In this document: piece after piece, positions 43,337 through 56,621 of the stretch
Layout of the letters: each line of letters opens with the position of its first letter
How positions within the stretch are numbered: position 1 is the stretch's first letter
Notes under the pieces: model-generated
The model's input: only the letters and a program-made list of their open reading frames with translations
Told to the model about the DNA's origin: nothing
Database searches by the model: none
Translations under genes and position numbers: made by a program
DNA from: Eledone cirrhosa
Taxonomy: Eukaryota
Assembly (NCBI GenBank): GCA_964016885.1
Contig: OZ024743.1
Location: forward strand, 230,454,001 to 230,518,000
Direction of reading: 5' to 3'
DNA length: 64,000 nucleotides

Positions 43337-45322
43337 TCTTTATATATATAAAAGTGAGGATGTGTGTGTGTCTGTGTACAAGTTTGTATACTTAAGGCTT
43401 TTACAATTACCAACTGAATTTCACCAAATTGTCTGTGCACGTTGCACAGGTCTCTAAGATGGTCCCAGCACAAACATTTTTTCAAATCGATCCACGTTGA
43501 GCAATATGAAATCGATATCAAAATTATCGGTAGAAAATTGATGTAAGGGAGATAACAAACTTTATTGACAATCCTTATAAAAAAGGGAGATAACCAACTT
43601 TTCAGAAATATAAACATCAGATTCATTTGAAGATAAATCACTAATATTATCGTTTGATTCTTGTTTATTCTTTGTTGCACTTTTCAAAGTTTAAAAAAAC
43701 ACTTGTTGTTTTAACTTGTTTCACTATATTAAGTGTTAATTTTCCTGTTATGCGCCTAATCTCGCAGCAGTCTCGAATTGACGAGATTTTGATGATGGTT
43801 TCTTTACTTTTAGAACAATCGTTATGGGACTTTCCATTCAACCCATTGGGACCTACAACGTTTACATTTTTAAAACTTTCATAAGCCTTGTTGATACAAA
43901 CAAAAATTTGTTGCACTTTCAAAGTTAACTTTAACGCTTCAATTCACACATTTTGACTTTACAACTTTTCACCAAATATGCCCCGTAAAAGAAAGTATGC
44001 ACATATTGGCTATCGGTCGAAGAAAACAATGCGTGTAAATGACGCTCGGCCGATAACCGAAAATAGACAATCACTAAATGCGGTGAGTACAGTTATTGCA
44101 ATATCTTTGTCCGCCGCTGAGTGTCCGTTAGTGCGGCGAACCAATAATGCTAAAGCAACTGCTGCAGCACGAGCTGCAGAGACTACAGAGCAACGTAAAA
44201 CACGCCTTGCTATGGATGCTACAGATACTGCTGCAGCAAGATCTGCAGAGACAGTACAAAAATATGAAAGACGCCGTGCGCGTAATGCTTCAGCTAATGT
44301 GCAGCAAGAGCAATTGAGACTGAGCAAGAACGTCAAAGTCGGCAGTTTGAGAAATGCTTCAGCTACTGCTACGGCACGAGCTGTAGAGACTGTAACAAGT
44401 CGAGCTATTAGGCTGGAGGGTAACACTCAACGTACAGCTTTATCGCGGGGTATTTCAATGTCATCACGCTCACGATGGTACCTTAAGGCAGTTAATTATG
44501 ACCTTAATGTAAACTATCAAATCCATCCTGATATTCAAATATATGCCATGTCAAATACTTCCCAACATTGTAAAGCTAAAAATGCGGGGGGGGGGGGGGA
44601 TCAGATGGAATGTGCTGCTCCAACGGTAAGATTAATTTGCCCACCCTTAGGGAACCACCGCAACCTCTCCAGATGCTTCTAACAGGTAAGCATTCGCAAT
44701 CACGTGATTTTCTGAAGCATATCCGACAGTCCAACATTTCGTTTCAAATGACCTCTTTCAGTGCAAAAATCTCTTTGCGTTTGTTACGAAAAGAAAAACA
44801 AATAATATCGTCTATCCTGAAGTACTTTAGTGTTAACAAAAAAAACTTATTACAGCTCTGCCTTCACTTCACCTTACTCATTACAAAACATAACAATGAA
44901 TATGCCATGCAGGATATTTTGGATTATAAGTTAAAAATGTCACCATACACAGCAAAGGATGCTCTCAAAGAAGAGATTTTCTCTTATTCTACTCTCATTG
45001 TTTTGTTTTTTTTTTTGTTTGTATACAATTCTGCTTTCATTACAACTTGTTGTACTTTAGCAAAACTGACTGTTTTTTTTACAGATGTGCAACGTGTATT
45101 GTCTTTAATCATTTGTATAACTACATCCTGTTCTGTGTTTTCCTTCATTATCAGCATATTTTTATGTGTACAAAGATTGCATTAAATATTCGTTTGCATT
45201 AATTATTGAAGATTTCTGCTTATTTTTAGTGGTTGGGGACAAATAATGTTCTTCTTTTACTTCCGAGCTGTATATTCTTAGCATCATTTCAAACCCTGAG
45301 CAACGCCGGGTAAATCAGCTAG
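43337..45322 (+). mobile_element. Internally deleted Helitron retaining the N-terminal region of RepHel
   Basis: 5' TC, 3' CCCTGAGCAACGCCGGG hairpin + CTAG, inserted between A and T. ORF fragments with R/A-rich repeats and CCSNGKINLP..FLKHIRQ.N.SFQMTSF. Confidence 0.88.
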
Positions 45323-45395
45323 TATATATATCTATAATTAGAAATTGAGATTTTTTTACAAAATGAAAAAAAACGAGGTGTCCTACACGAGTGAA

Positions 45396-45674
45396 TATAT
45401 AAGGAAAACGGATGAAATCGAAATTGCAACTGGAGTCTTTTTTTTTAAATATATTTATATGGTTCCTTTACCGGTTTCGCAGTTCTTTTGCTTTTCAAAA
45501 GTAGAACTGAAATTTAGGGTTTGTGATTTTTCTCGCATTTGAGAAAAACCACAAACCCTCCATCTCAATTCTACTTTAAGAAAAGCACAAGAACTGCGAA
45601 ACCGGTAAAGGAACCAAATAAATGTATTTAAAAAAAAAGACTCCAGTTGCATTTTCGATTTCATCTTTTTTCCT

Positions 45675-45680
<6 letters not shown>
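45396..45680. repeat. ~285-bp fold-back palindrome of two head-to-head HHR-bearing arms
   Basis: Arms pair across a 6-nt loop (GCATTT at 45535-45540). Confidence 0.9.
45462..45507 (-). ncRNA. Hammerhead ribozyme, U3-A8 core variant
   Basis: Minus strand: GTTC-ta-CTT-TTGAAAA-GCA-aaagaac-TGC-GAAAC-CG-GTA-AAG-GAAC; palindromic stem III (ACCGGT). The mirror copy at 45568-45614 has a mutated core. Confidence 0.65.
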
Positions 45681-45737
<57 letters not shown>

Positions 45738-45975
45738 AACGTTTCTCAGTAAAAAGCTGAATAAACATTTGTTCAGAACATCATATAACATATTTTTAAA
45801 CGATCTACGATATATCAATTCATAAACCAATTAGTATTTAATACATATATATACATATATATATGATATGTAGATTTAAATACAAATTTAGCCGTTAAAT
45901 TAAGAAAGATTACTCACATAAAGATTATATTTATATGGCCGTACTTCCAAATATGAGCATCTAACGATAGACAGA

Positions 45976-46044
<69 letters not shown>

Positions 46045-46439
46045 CTGTGTCTGTGTGTCTGTGTGCCATACCCTATGGTCTATAAAAATCTTCTTAGGGA
46101 AATTGTAGATAGAAATACTTTGACAAGACGACAGATTGACTATACCTGTAATTTGAAGAGGAAGTATTGTCACACACTGTGTCACACTAGATGTTTTTGA
46201 AAAAACGTTACCATTTATATATCTGTGTACGTTATTTTCCTGACGGTCGTTCCATTGTGTGAAAGCTGGCACTCTCATCTCCTAAAACGCTGGCTATTTC
46301 TCCATACATACTATTGACAGGGCAGCAATTAGTGTAATTTCATGTTCAAAGAGAAAGATTGTTTTGAACCTTCCTGCTTTCACATATGCATTTGTTTATA
46401 CTAACAACAGAAGCAGCGATAATTGTGTATTCGTAGTTC

Positions 46440-47105
46440 ATTTGTAATAATATTTCTCTTAACGATCATATGGGTGATATGGTGTACATTGAAATAGCTT
46501 AGTTATTAAGTTTACACTAATCATAGCGTCATTAGAATGAATATTTTAAATTTAGGAGACTTATATCTTGTATTATTATTTTCATGTTTACATGTTTATG
46601 AATATTGGTCTTGCTAAATATATAAAGCATTATCATTTGTGCTACTACATTTTTCAACGTGCCATTGTGTAAATAATGTACATAATTGAAAGATTATTCG
46701 ACATCGCATAAGTTTGAATTGCACTTGTAGCAAGAGTTACCTCCCTTGTTATGACAATCACATCACCGCTCTCTAGACAGGAAGTAGCTGGAGTTACTTC
46801 CAGTTGGGGTGGCATAACCATTTTTGTCACTTCCGTCCTGGGACCCTATAAAAGGGATACTCAGGGCGATCTCACTCTCTTCTAACTAGCCTGGTGCGTT
46901 CGCCGATGCTCTATTCTCTGGCAACCCTAACATGGTCTCTTGCGAGCTAACTTCAAAACGGTAACAAATAACTTCACTTCATTCTTTCATCTACCCATGG
47001 ACATGTCAACAATTCTATTCTACATAACTTCAACTTGTTAATTAAACTTTATACACACAACCTAGTGTCTTGTTATATTCATACAACCCAGTCTTTTGTT
47101 ATACA
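46440..47105 (+). mobile_element. Probable solo LTR
   Basis: TATAAAAG at 46847, then a pyrimidine-rich R-like stretch, ATTAAA at 47041 and a ...TTGTTATACA end. The 5' TG boundary and TSD were not resolved. Confidence 0.45.
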
Positions 47106-47439
47106 CTTAAATTTAAGAATTAACGGGGGATAATTGGAATATATGTAATATTATGATTTCCTGAATCATAACACTGAGTTTCACATTGCCAATTAATCAA
47201 ACATTCTAAACAAAGAAGCGGAGTGGGAATATAAGAAACTATATTCGTTATATATTGAAATATAATTTGCCAACATATAGAAACAGTAAAAAAATGCGCC
47301 ACACTTTCACTATTCAATCATCATATAGTAAACTAACACATGCATGTTCTAATATTTATATGCAAACATATAATATGTTTATGTCATTTAATAACATATG
47401 TACAAACAGTGATAATAAATGTTATGATCGATGAATGGG

Positions 47440-47630
47440 ACATAGTGCAACCTCAACGTATTTCTGAAGCTGATTCATTGTGACACTGCCTGAATTAAGT
47501 TTGACGTTTTGAATGTTTGTCCTGGTGTGGTAGCTGCAACAACGGGTAACAGTCTCTTACTGAAAGACACAACGCACCGAAAGGAATCGATCTCACGACG
47601 TTATAATCCTAAGGTGAACAGCCCAACCAG
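47440..47630 (-). mobile_element. Degenerate tRNA-derived SINE
   Basis: Minus strand GTCGTGAGATCGATTCC (B-box-like) followed by GCGTTGTGTCTTTCAGTAAGAGACT. Confidence 0.4.
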
Positions 47631-47729
47631 TAAACCAAGCATACACACACACATAATATATATATATATATATTTCGCTTCTGAATTTGGCAACATTCTT
47701 ATTGGCAACATGACCCTCCCAAAGTATAA

Positions 47730-47776
<47 letters not shown>

Positions 47777-48683
47777 CACACACACACAAACATACATACA
47801 TAATGCAAACAATCATTTCAGATATATACATCAAGTACAAAATAAATGTCGACTTAACAACATTGATTCGTCTATCTCATGATTTCATGTACACACACAC
47901 TAATATTTACACATGCATACTCATATATACACAAACATATACACACATTGTTTGTTAAGCAGGATGTATTGGCTTGATAAATATTATTACAAAGCAATGA
48001 TAAAAGTGATATTGAAAGTGAAAACTGTAAAATGTCATGATTTGCTCCATTTGATTCTAATTACACGCTTACATAAACACCTGATAGTTTGTCTGGACGA
48101 ATTAAGAACAGAGAAAATTGTTTCATTATTATATTATTAGTCTGTGTTAGTGCAAACATCATACGTATTAGAGGTAAGCTTCTGCTTAACATTGACTACG
48201 ACCTCTTTTTCACGTTTCTAGCCTCATTTTAAGGAAAATTAATTTCGACTTACATCATTTCCATGTCCACGAGGCCTTTTCCTTGGCCAGTTTTTTGATT
48301 TGGCTGACTAAAAACATCGCTTTCGTACATGAGGATATAAAACTTGCAAATTTACTTATTTAACGTGTTTGCTCATGGCACTAAATATCAATCAATCTCG
48401 TTCTCAATCTGTATATATACAATATTGTAGCAATGTAACGGGATGCAAATTGGTATAGACGTTAGAATATCAGAGAAAATGTGTTGTGGTATCGCTTACG
48501 GTACTTTGATTTCAAATCCAAACCAGCACAACTTTGTTAATATATAACAGAATTCATGTTATGTCGATCTCTATCTATACCATTACATGTTTATCGTTTA
48601 TGTATTTTTTCTGTCTATGTATATATCCAAGGTATAGGGCACTCAGTCCATGGGACGAGTTTTAATACATTATTAAATGCAAT

Positions 48684-48812
48684 TACGTCTCTTTACGATC
48701 TGAGTTCAAATGCTGCCTAGGTTAACTTTGCCTTTCATCCTTACGGAGTCGATAAAATAAAGTACCAGTAATGTACTGAATAATTGCTGGCCTTGTGCCA
48801 AAAGTAGAAACA
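48684..48812 (+). mobile_element. 5'-truncated tRNA-derived SINE with 15-bp target-site duplication
   Basis: B-box-like GAGTTCAAAT and central TTTCATCCTTACGGAGTCGATAAAATAAAGTACCAG; ATTATTAAATGCAAT at 48669-48683 and 48813-48827. Confidence 0.8.
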
Positions 48813-48880
48813 ATTATTAAATGCAATACTTCAAAGATATCTTAACATGGAAAAACGATAGGAAAAGCCTTTCATTGAGC

Positions 48881-48922
<42 letters not shown>

Positions 48923-48973
48923 GCTCAATGAAAGGCTTTTCCTATCTTCTTTTCTTATTTTACGTCTTTTATA

Positions 48974-49006
<33 letters not shown>

Positions 49007-50868
49007 TCGCTCAATGAAAGGCTTTTCCTATTGTTTTTCCATGTTAAGATGTCTTTGTAGTATTGCATTTAATAATTGTTTCTACTTATATATATATATA
49101 TATAATGTGTGTGTGTCTATGTGTGCGCGTGTGTATATGTGTGTATGTGTGTGTGTGTGTGTGTGTGTGCGTTTCTATGAGTTGTTTATTTGGTGTGAAC
49201 TTCAGCGTTTATTCTTTCGGGTATATAGATCTGTGGGTATATAAATATTTGAGGCTCTATGTATGAGTGTAGGAGACTGTATAAATTTGCGTGTCTGTGT
49301 AATATATATATATGAGATATTTGGTATGGCCTCTTCACTACAGAGATGGTATAATTTCTCACTTTCAACTGTGTATGCTTCGTCTGAACAAGGCGAACAT
49401 TGATGCGTAGAGAATTAATTATTCTACGATCAGGATAAATCGATATTATGACATATTGATAGTAGTTATGCAACCACATATTATTTGTCTCGAGATACTT
49501 GATCCATCTCGCCGTTTTCTTCTGTATCGAATAGTCACTATATCCAGATGTAATGATCAATCAACCTTCTGAAACGATCGCAAACAAGAAATGATTAAGC
49601 TCCAATAATTGCCCTTTGCTTTCATTGACCCCCGCCCGATATATATATAAATATATATAGGAGGAAGTTATGCCTAAGAAAACTCATACAACACCTACAC
49701 CGCACGCTACATCAACACATACGGACTATTTCCAGCCTTGTACCACAACTCACTGAAACCCCAGAACATCTGTCCAGAGTTATCTCCGCCGCTATAGACA
49801 GGTCATACCACCATCGCCGAGACTACGAGAAAATACGCCTAACGCAAACATTTCTCAAACTCAGCACGGCCAACCGTATTAACAACCACCCAACTCTAAG
49901 CACTAACAGAGGCGAACAAGACGGTACCAACACCGAACCTAGCGGCGCCCCGACCAACAAAACACCTGACGCTAAACACCTCGTCACAGACTTGACAGAA
50001 TCCCTCTTCCGAGAGGAATTAGACCTCCTCAGAGTTGGTCCCAAGTTCATATTGAAACAGAGACTGGACGACAAATTATGGCTCGATATAGAAACGAATT
50101 TCTGTCGGGCTGCCTACCAACTAAAATGGATCTCGACTCTCGGCAACAACACCACGGAATCTACCAAACCCAGATTCCCGATATATCAACTTGATCGCCC
50201 ACTCTGTTCACTGCTTGCCAACCGCGAGTTTGAAGAAAAACTCTCGAGGCTAAAACATTCCGTATTTAACATCTTACGGAAAAAGTAGAAGATAGCCCCA
50301 AACCTTTCCAGGACACAACAACTCGCCCTGAAGAAGCTACGGAATAGGAAACTTATATACTTACCATCCGACAAAGGTAAAGAGTTTTGTGTCATCTCTC
50401 AAGCCACATACAACAACCTAGCCTTTGAACATCTAAGCGGCATTGAACAATATAGTGAGATCCCGGACATGACTGCAGCCCAGATCGAAAAACAGGCCAA
50501 CTCCATCTGGTTCGACATCTGTAGGAGAAGACAACTCCCAAATAAAGTTGGGCTCAACTACACCACTAGAAATAGCAGACTGCCCACTTTCTACCCCCTC
50601 ATCAAGACCCACAAAAATAGTACTAAGACACAAATAAGACCCATCGCCTCTAGCATAGTAGGATCCCTATACAAAATATTTTGGATCCTCTCCCAGGTCC
50701 TCAAGCCTCTAATCTCCACATTTCCCCGGCATGTCAGTAGCTCCGACGAAGTCATAAGTAGACTATACCAACTCCAACCAGAAAAAACTTAAACTAAATA
50801 GATACGCCTTTAGCCTCGACGTTGTCTCCCTCTACACTACAGTCCCCGCTCATCCAGCTGTCGATTTA

Positions 50869-52017
50869 TTGACGGACTGCGTGGTTGCAGAGGACATCCA
50901 CTGCAACGGCTTCCATCCGACGGACATACACCAGCTTTTTTCCTTCACAGTGGACAACACGTACTTCACATTCCACCACCACCACACATACAGACAGACA
51001 ACAGGGTTACCCATGGGATCCAGCCTATCGGGCCTGCTGACCATCACCTATATGAACCAGCTAGAATGCCGAGCCCTCAACACCTGCCATTCCCATACCT
51101 TCTTCACCCGATATGTAGATGACATACTCACCCTTACATCATCCCGTGAGGCGGCGGATAAAATATACACGACATTCTCCAGCATGGACGCCAGAATAAA
51201 GTTCAGCATGGAACACCCCGATGACCGCGGATCCTTATCCCTACTGGACTTCCAACTCAGGGTAACAGAGAAAGGCAACATCCACACCTGCTTCTATAAA
51301 AAAGGCGCCAGCAGGGACCTGTTTGTACATTTCAGATCGGCCGTCCCAGCCGGCGGTAAGTTCGGATACATAAGGAACGAACTAACACCTATCCGGAACA
51401 AATGCACTGACGCTAGAGACCGAGACACATACACCATACATTTCCTGGAAGTACTCAAACCGAACGGATACCCGACGTTCACTACGAACCGTGCCAGAAA
51501 GAACAGAGGACACGACACCCGAGGCACTAACACCTGCTTCCTGAAGCTCCCACACTTCAGTGAGGAAACAACAGCCATCCGTAGAGCTATCAGACGAGAG
51601 GGACTAGATAGCCATCTAGCCCACTCAGGACCTTCTCTATGCGGACGGCTAACCAAAAGACACTCCACCAGACATGACAGCCGCTGCAGGCTAGCCAACT
51701 GCCCCATCAACGACACAGACCTATGCCACCAGGCTTACGTCGTATACAGATTAGAGTGCGACAAATGCAGCAACTTCTACGTAGCTAGCACCACCAGACC
51801 ACTTCACATAAGAATAAAAGAACACCTCAATACTAACGCTTCCTCATTTAAGAAACACCTAGTGAAATGCAAAAACACCGACAAAAACTTAACAGTTAGG
51901 ATAGAAACTAAGGAAAGAAACTTCGGCAATCTTAGAATTAAGGAAGCACTGATTATAGAAAAAACACAACCACCAATCAATAATAGACTAGAACTCAACA
52001 CCCAATTTATAACTTGA
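50869..52017 (+). pseudogene. Penelope RT C-half + GIY-YIG endonuclease (largest open fragment)
   Basis: 382-aa ORF; upstream RT pieces (49992-50288, 50469-50792) are separated by stops. Confidence 0.88.
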
Positions 52018-52397
52018 TAGAGCACCTAGCCCCATACCTACACCTCCCACACACACGCACACGCACTCACTCACACACACGCTTACACCTCCGCTTATTC
52101 TCTCTCACACACACATACAGACACAAAGACCAGTTTAACACGATAGAGCATCTATCCCCTACATTCATGTATAGACATATCTTCTCACACTCACACACAC
52201 ACACACATATACTTACACCTTCTCGTATTCTCCCACACACTTAAACATACATGTACAAAACCCATTTTAAAGGGAGACTACTCTTTATACACCTAACCTT
52301 CACTCTTTGACATTAGAGATAGAACAGATTCTCTATACCATTTCCTGTCAGCATGACTTGGCAAGCTATTTAGAACGCTGGTTTAACAATTTTACTT

Positions 52398-52434
52398 CCC
52401 TCCGAAGGAGAGATATTATCTCGAAAATTAAGGA
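52398..52434 (+). ncRNA. Degenerate hammerhead in the Penelope 3' pLTR
   Basis: cct-CCGAAGG-a-GAGAT-att-ATCTC-GAAA-AT-TA-agg; stems are present but the core departs from CUGANGA. Confidence 0.4.
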
Positions 52435-52616
52435 TATTTAAATAAATTTATGGTAAAAGACTAATTGTCAACAATATATTTTGCATCAGCATTTATATTC
52501 TATATCCATACCTGTATTGTATTGGCTTTACAAATACAGACGTTTATAAATCTCTCTCTATATATATATTAGTGAAAAAGAACAAAGGAACTATTATGAC
52601 ATTATAACAAGTTTAT

Positions 52617-52663
52617 TGCCGACAGCCGTTTCGTCCGACCGCATGGTGGGTCTTTTCAAGGCA
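52617..52663 (-). ncRNA. Hammerhead ribozyme, U3-A8 core variant (left arm)
   Basis: TGCC-TTGAAAA-GACCCACC-atgc-GGTCGGAC-GAAAC-GGCT-GTC-GGCA. Confidence 0.65.
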
Positions 52664-55600
52664 TATAACATGTGATTGTAAGATCATTATTTACATCAAC
52701 GTATCACTCAAGGCTAGCAGTTTGAAATTGTGGTATACATCAGCAACTCCGCTTGTATAGTTGGGGTCTATATTCTAAGGGGGCTCTTTTATATTAGTTG
52801 TCGGGGTCAGGAATTGAAGAATAAAAATTAGATAGTATATAATTTACGCATTAACAGTAAACTAAAAGACTTGGGGTCCCGTAGAAGCACCTTAGAAAAT
52901 CCCTCAATAAGTGCATAAAGCTTACAGGCTCCAATAAACCTACTAGACTAGAAGAAATTAAGAGGCTAATAAAATAAAAAAATAAAAATATAAAGTTTCC
53001 CTAAAAAATATATAAAGTTTCCTATGAAATTCCTTCTAGAGAAATATTTTTTTTCCGAAAGAAAAAAACCTTCTTCCCCCGAGATCACGTTTACAGATTT
53101 CAGAAAACTTACGAAGTTTTGATATTCCCTACTAAGTTGAAAGAAACTAATCAATTAGAGGTTAATTCAAAGAGCCTTCTATAATTCTCTCAGAAAAGGC
53201 CCCTTTAATATTTTTAATAGGAACTTCTTCCGAGAGACGCTTCGAAGAATTAAAATTTTAGAGACCCTTTAAGGATATATATATAAACGAATTGAGGAAA
53301 ATTATACATTAAAAGTTAAAAATTACGGTATTTGGGATATCCGAGGAATTTTCAAAGGGCTGCTTCAACAGATACAACTTAGGCATAATAGATACAATAA
53401 TTTAAGTAATTTAAGTAATTTAATTAGGGAGCAATTCAAGGAGTATATCAAGTTGGGCAAGATTAAAGAAAGTGGTAAATAAGAAAATACATAAGCAAAA
53501 AGACAATACTTATAAAATGTATTTTTTAAGAAGGTATAAGGTAGTTTCAGTAATCTAACAATGTATTATCACAAAAAATTATTATAAAATGATTGATACA
53601 GGATTAACAAACACATAATAATATATATTCCTGCCTAATTAACAAGTAATCAAAACACTATTAACAGTCAGGCAAAATTCGCTCAGGGATATCCCGCGCT
53701 CGGATACTTTACACACACACAGCAACACATAGGATTAGCACAGCCACAATGGTATATTCCTGCCTAATTAACAAATAATCGATTCACTATTGATGGTCAT
53801 AAAAATGTACTCAGGGATATCCCGCGAACGGATATTTACATACATACAACAGGGTGAACAGTACTGGTGACCGTGTGGGCGCGATATCCATTATGCGTAT
53901 GTAGTCATCTGCATAGCTCAAGGCACAGCTGGTCTTGTTTAAAAGTTCATGGATCAACTGGGATTCACTATCAGCTGCGTGGACTCTCTGGGAGATGTAC
54001 CTGTGGATCTAATAGCTAGTGGTTGCTGGATGTGGTCCGTTCGATCTTTTAGTTTCAGGGGTTGTACGCTTTCGCGATAGACCAGCCTGCCGGTTCTAAG
54101 TCGAAGGTCTCGCTACGTAGGATGTATTGGTCTACATGCTATATTGTTGTCTGATCACTCGATAAGTTAGTGGTTGTGCCCCTTGAAGAAGGGTGTGTAT
54201 AGCTGGTCTACCTGCTGTCTGCTACTACCCGAGACTGGACACGGTCGTAGCCACAGGCCAGCGCGATAGCATAGAATGCATTTTTTCTGCTGGTCACCCC
54301 GTGTAATACGATACCCTAAGATTCCATGCATGAGATTCACAGAAGCATGCGCAGTCTTAACCGGGAGATGACATGCGAACTTGAAAATACCACAAGCGAG
54401 ACCCTCTGGATAACGTAGACGCCGGACCATACCCGCAAATATATACGCTGATCTGTCTTGAATATACAGGGCTGACGGAATATGGATAACACGACCACCA
54501 TCTAAGCTGGGACCGACCCATACAGCAAACAAAGAGGGGACAGCCCGTCGCTTTTGACCAGTCGCGTGTGGGCTTGGAGTTCGTAATATACCACCCCAGT
54601 CAAATCCACACTGGTTTTTTTAACAATATAGCATGTAGACCAATACATCGTACGTAGCGAAACCTTGGACTTAGAACCATCAGGCTGGTCTATCGCGAAA
54701 GCGTACAACCCCTGAAACTAAAAGATCGAACGGACCACATCCAGCAACCACTAGCTATTAGATCCACAGGTACATCTCCCAGAGAGTCCACGCAGCTGAT
54801 AGTGAATCCTAGTTGATCCATGAACTTTTAAACAAGACCAGCTGTGCCTTGAGCTATGCAGATGACTACATACGCATAATGGATATCGCGCCTGGAGCTA
54901 TGCAGATGACTACATACGCATAATGGATATCGCGCCCACACGGTCACCAGTACTGTTCATCCTGTTGTATGTATGTAAATATCCGTGCGCGGGATATCCC
55001 TGAGTACATTTTATTGACCATCAATTGTTAATCGATTGTTTGTTAATTAGGCAGGAATATATATTATTATGTCTTTGTTAATCCTGTATCAATAATTTTA
55101 TAATAGTTTTTTGTGATAATACATTGTTAGATTACTGAAGCTACCTTATACCTTCTTAAAAATTACATTTTATAATTATTGTCTTTTTGCTTATGTATTT
55201 TCTTATTTACCACTTTCTTTAATCTTGCCCAACTTGATATACTCCTCGAATTGCTCCCTAATTAAATTACTTAAATTACTTAAATTATTGTATCTATTAT
55301 GCCTAAGTCGTATCTGTTGAAGCAGACCTTTGAAAATTCCTCGGATATCCCAAATACCGTAATTTTTAACTTTTAATATATAATTTTCCTCAATTCGTTT
55401 TTATATATATCCTTAAAGGCTCTCTAAAATTTTACTTCTTCGAAGCGTCTCTCGGAAGAAGTTCCTATTAAAAATATTAAAGGGGCCTTTTCTGAGAGAA
55501 TTATAGAAGGCTCTTTGAAATAACCTCTAATTGATTAGTTTCTTTCAACTTAGTAGGGAATATCAAAACTTCGTAAGTTTTCTGAAATCTGTAAACGTGA

Positions 55601-56017
55601 TCTCGGGGAAGGTTTTTTTCTTTCGGAAAAAATTTTTTCTCTCTAGAAGGAATTTCATAGGAAACTTTATATATTTTTTAGGGAAACTTTATATTTTTAA
55701 TTTTTATTTTATTAGCCTCTTAATTTCTTCTAGCCTAGTAGGTTTATTGGAGCCTGTAAGCTTTATGCACTTATTGAGGGATTTTCTAAGGTGCTTCTAT
55801 GGGACCCCAAGTCTTTTAGTTTACTGTTAATGCGTAAATTATATACTATCTAATTTTTAAACTTCAATCCCTGACCCCGACAACTAATATAAAAGAGCCC
55901 CCTTAGAATATAGACCCCAATTATACAAGCGGAGTTGCTGATGTATACCACAATTTCAAACTGCTAGCCTTGAGTGATACGTTGATGTAAATAATGATCT
56001 TACAATCACATGTTATA

Positions 56018-56064
56018 TGCCTTGAAAAGTTCCACCATGCGGTCGGACGAAACGGCTGTTGGCA
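56018..56064 (+). ncRNA. Hammerhead ribozyme, U3-A8 core variant (right arm)
   Basis: TGCC-TTGAAAA-GTTCCACC-atgc-GGTCGGAC-GAAAC-GGCT-GTT-GGCA. Confidence 0.7.
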
Positions 56065-56215
56065 ATACACTTGTTATAATGTCATAATAGTTCCTTTGTT
56101 CTTTTTCACTAATTTCTGCTCTGCGTATACGCATAGAGCTTAACTAGCTACCGTCATATATTTGGTAGGTCAGACGTGATTATCGCGATTCACATACGAC
56201 CTACCATACATCTTA

Positions 56216-56282
<67 letters not shown>

Positions 56283-56354
56283 GTAGAACACTGGAAGGTA
56301 ATATGCTTAGTGGTAGAGCACTCAGTCCATGGGACGAGTTAGTTGTGAAACAAT

Positions 56355-56389
<35 letters not shown>

Positions 56390-56621
56390 ATATATAAACA
56401 ATTAAGTTAAAAATGTACATCTACATATGCATACTGAAATACTAGTATGCATATGAATACACACACGTATACATATGTAGATGTAACAAGTCTTTCACTG
56501 GTTACTTTACTGTGAGTAACACAGCTATTCTGTATGTAAACACACAGACAAACCGGTTTTTAGAGTCATACTGGTTTTTGAGGAAACACCTTTCCTCTAT
56601 TCTCCAGAAAGCCAGACAAGG

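Larger units (their letters stand above)
49660..52555 (+). mobile_element. Near full-length degenerate Penelope-like element (RT + GIY-YIG) with 3' pLTR
   Basis: YLPSDKG, LPTFYPLIKTHK, IRPIAS, SLDVVSLYT, QTTGLPMGS, RYVDD, VVYRLEC..FYVAST.RPLHIRIKEH, EALIIEK.QPPIN; short TA runs on both flanks. Confidence 0.9.
52568..56113. mobile_element. 3.5-kb fold-back element: ~1.5-kb inverted arms around a ~470-bp spacer, with an HHR near each outer end
   Basis: 52568-54148 is the reverse complement of 54622-56113. The right side continues ~105 bp to (TA)n; the left side abuts TA. No recognisable coding domain. Confidence 0.9.

Noticed and set aside
49363-49568. Coding exon with good splice signals on the minus strand
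   Set aside because: All three frames meet a stop shortly after the acceptor, so it cannot be supported as coding.
54167-54708. ORFs in the spacer of the fold-back element as a transposase
   Set aside because: Short, with no DDE, RT or recombinase motifs recognised.
56305-56340. tRNA gene (GCTTAGTGGTAGAGCACTCAG; 23-mer shared with 48639-48661)
   Set aside because: Only an A-box-like head with no cloverleaf; probably a SINE 5' fragment.
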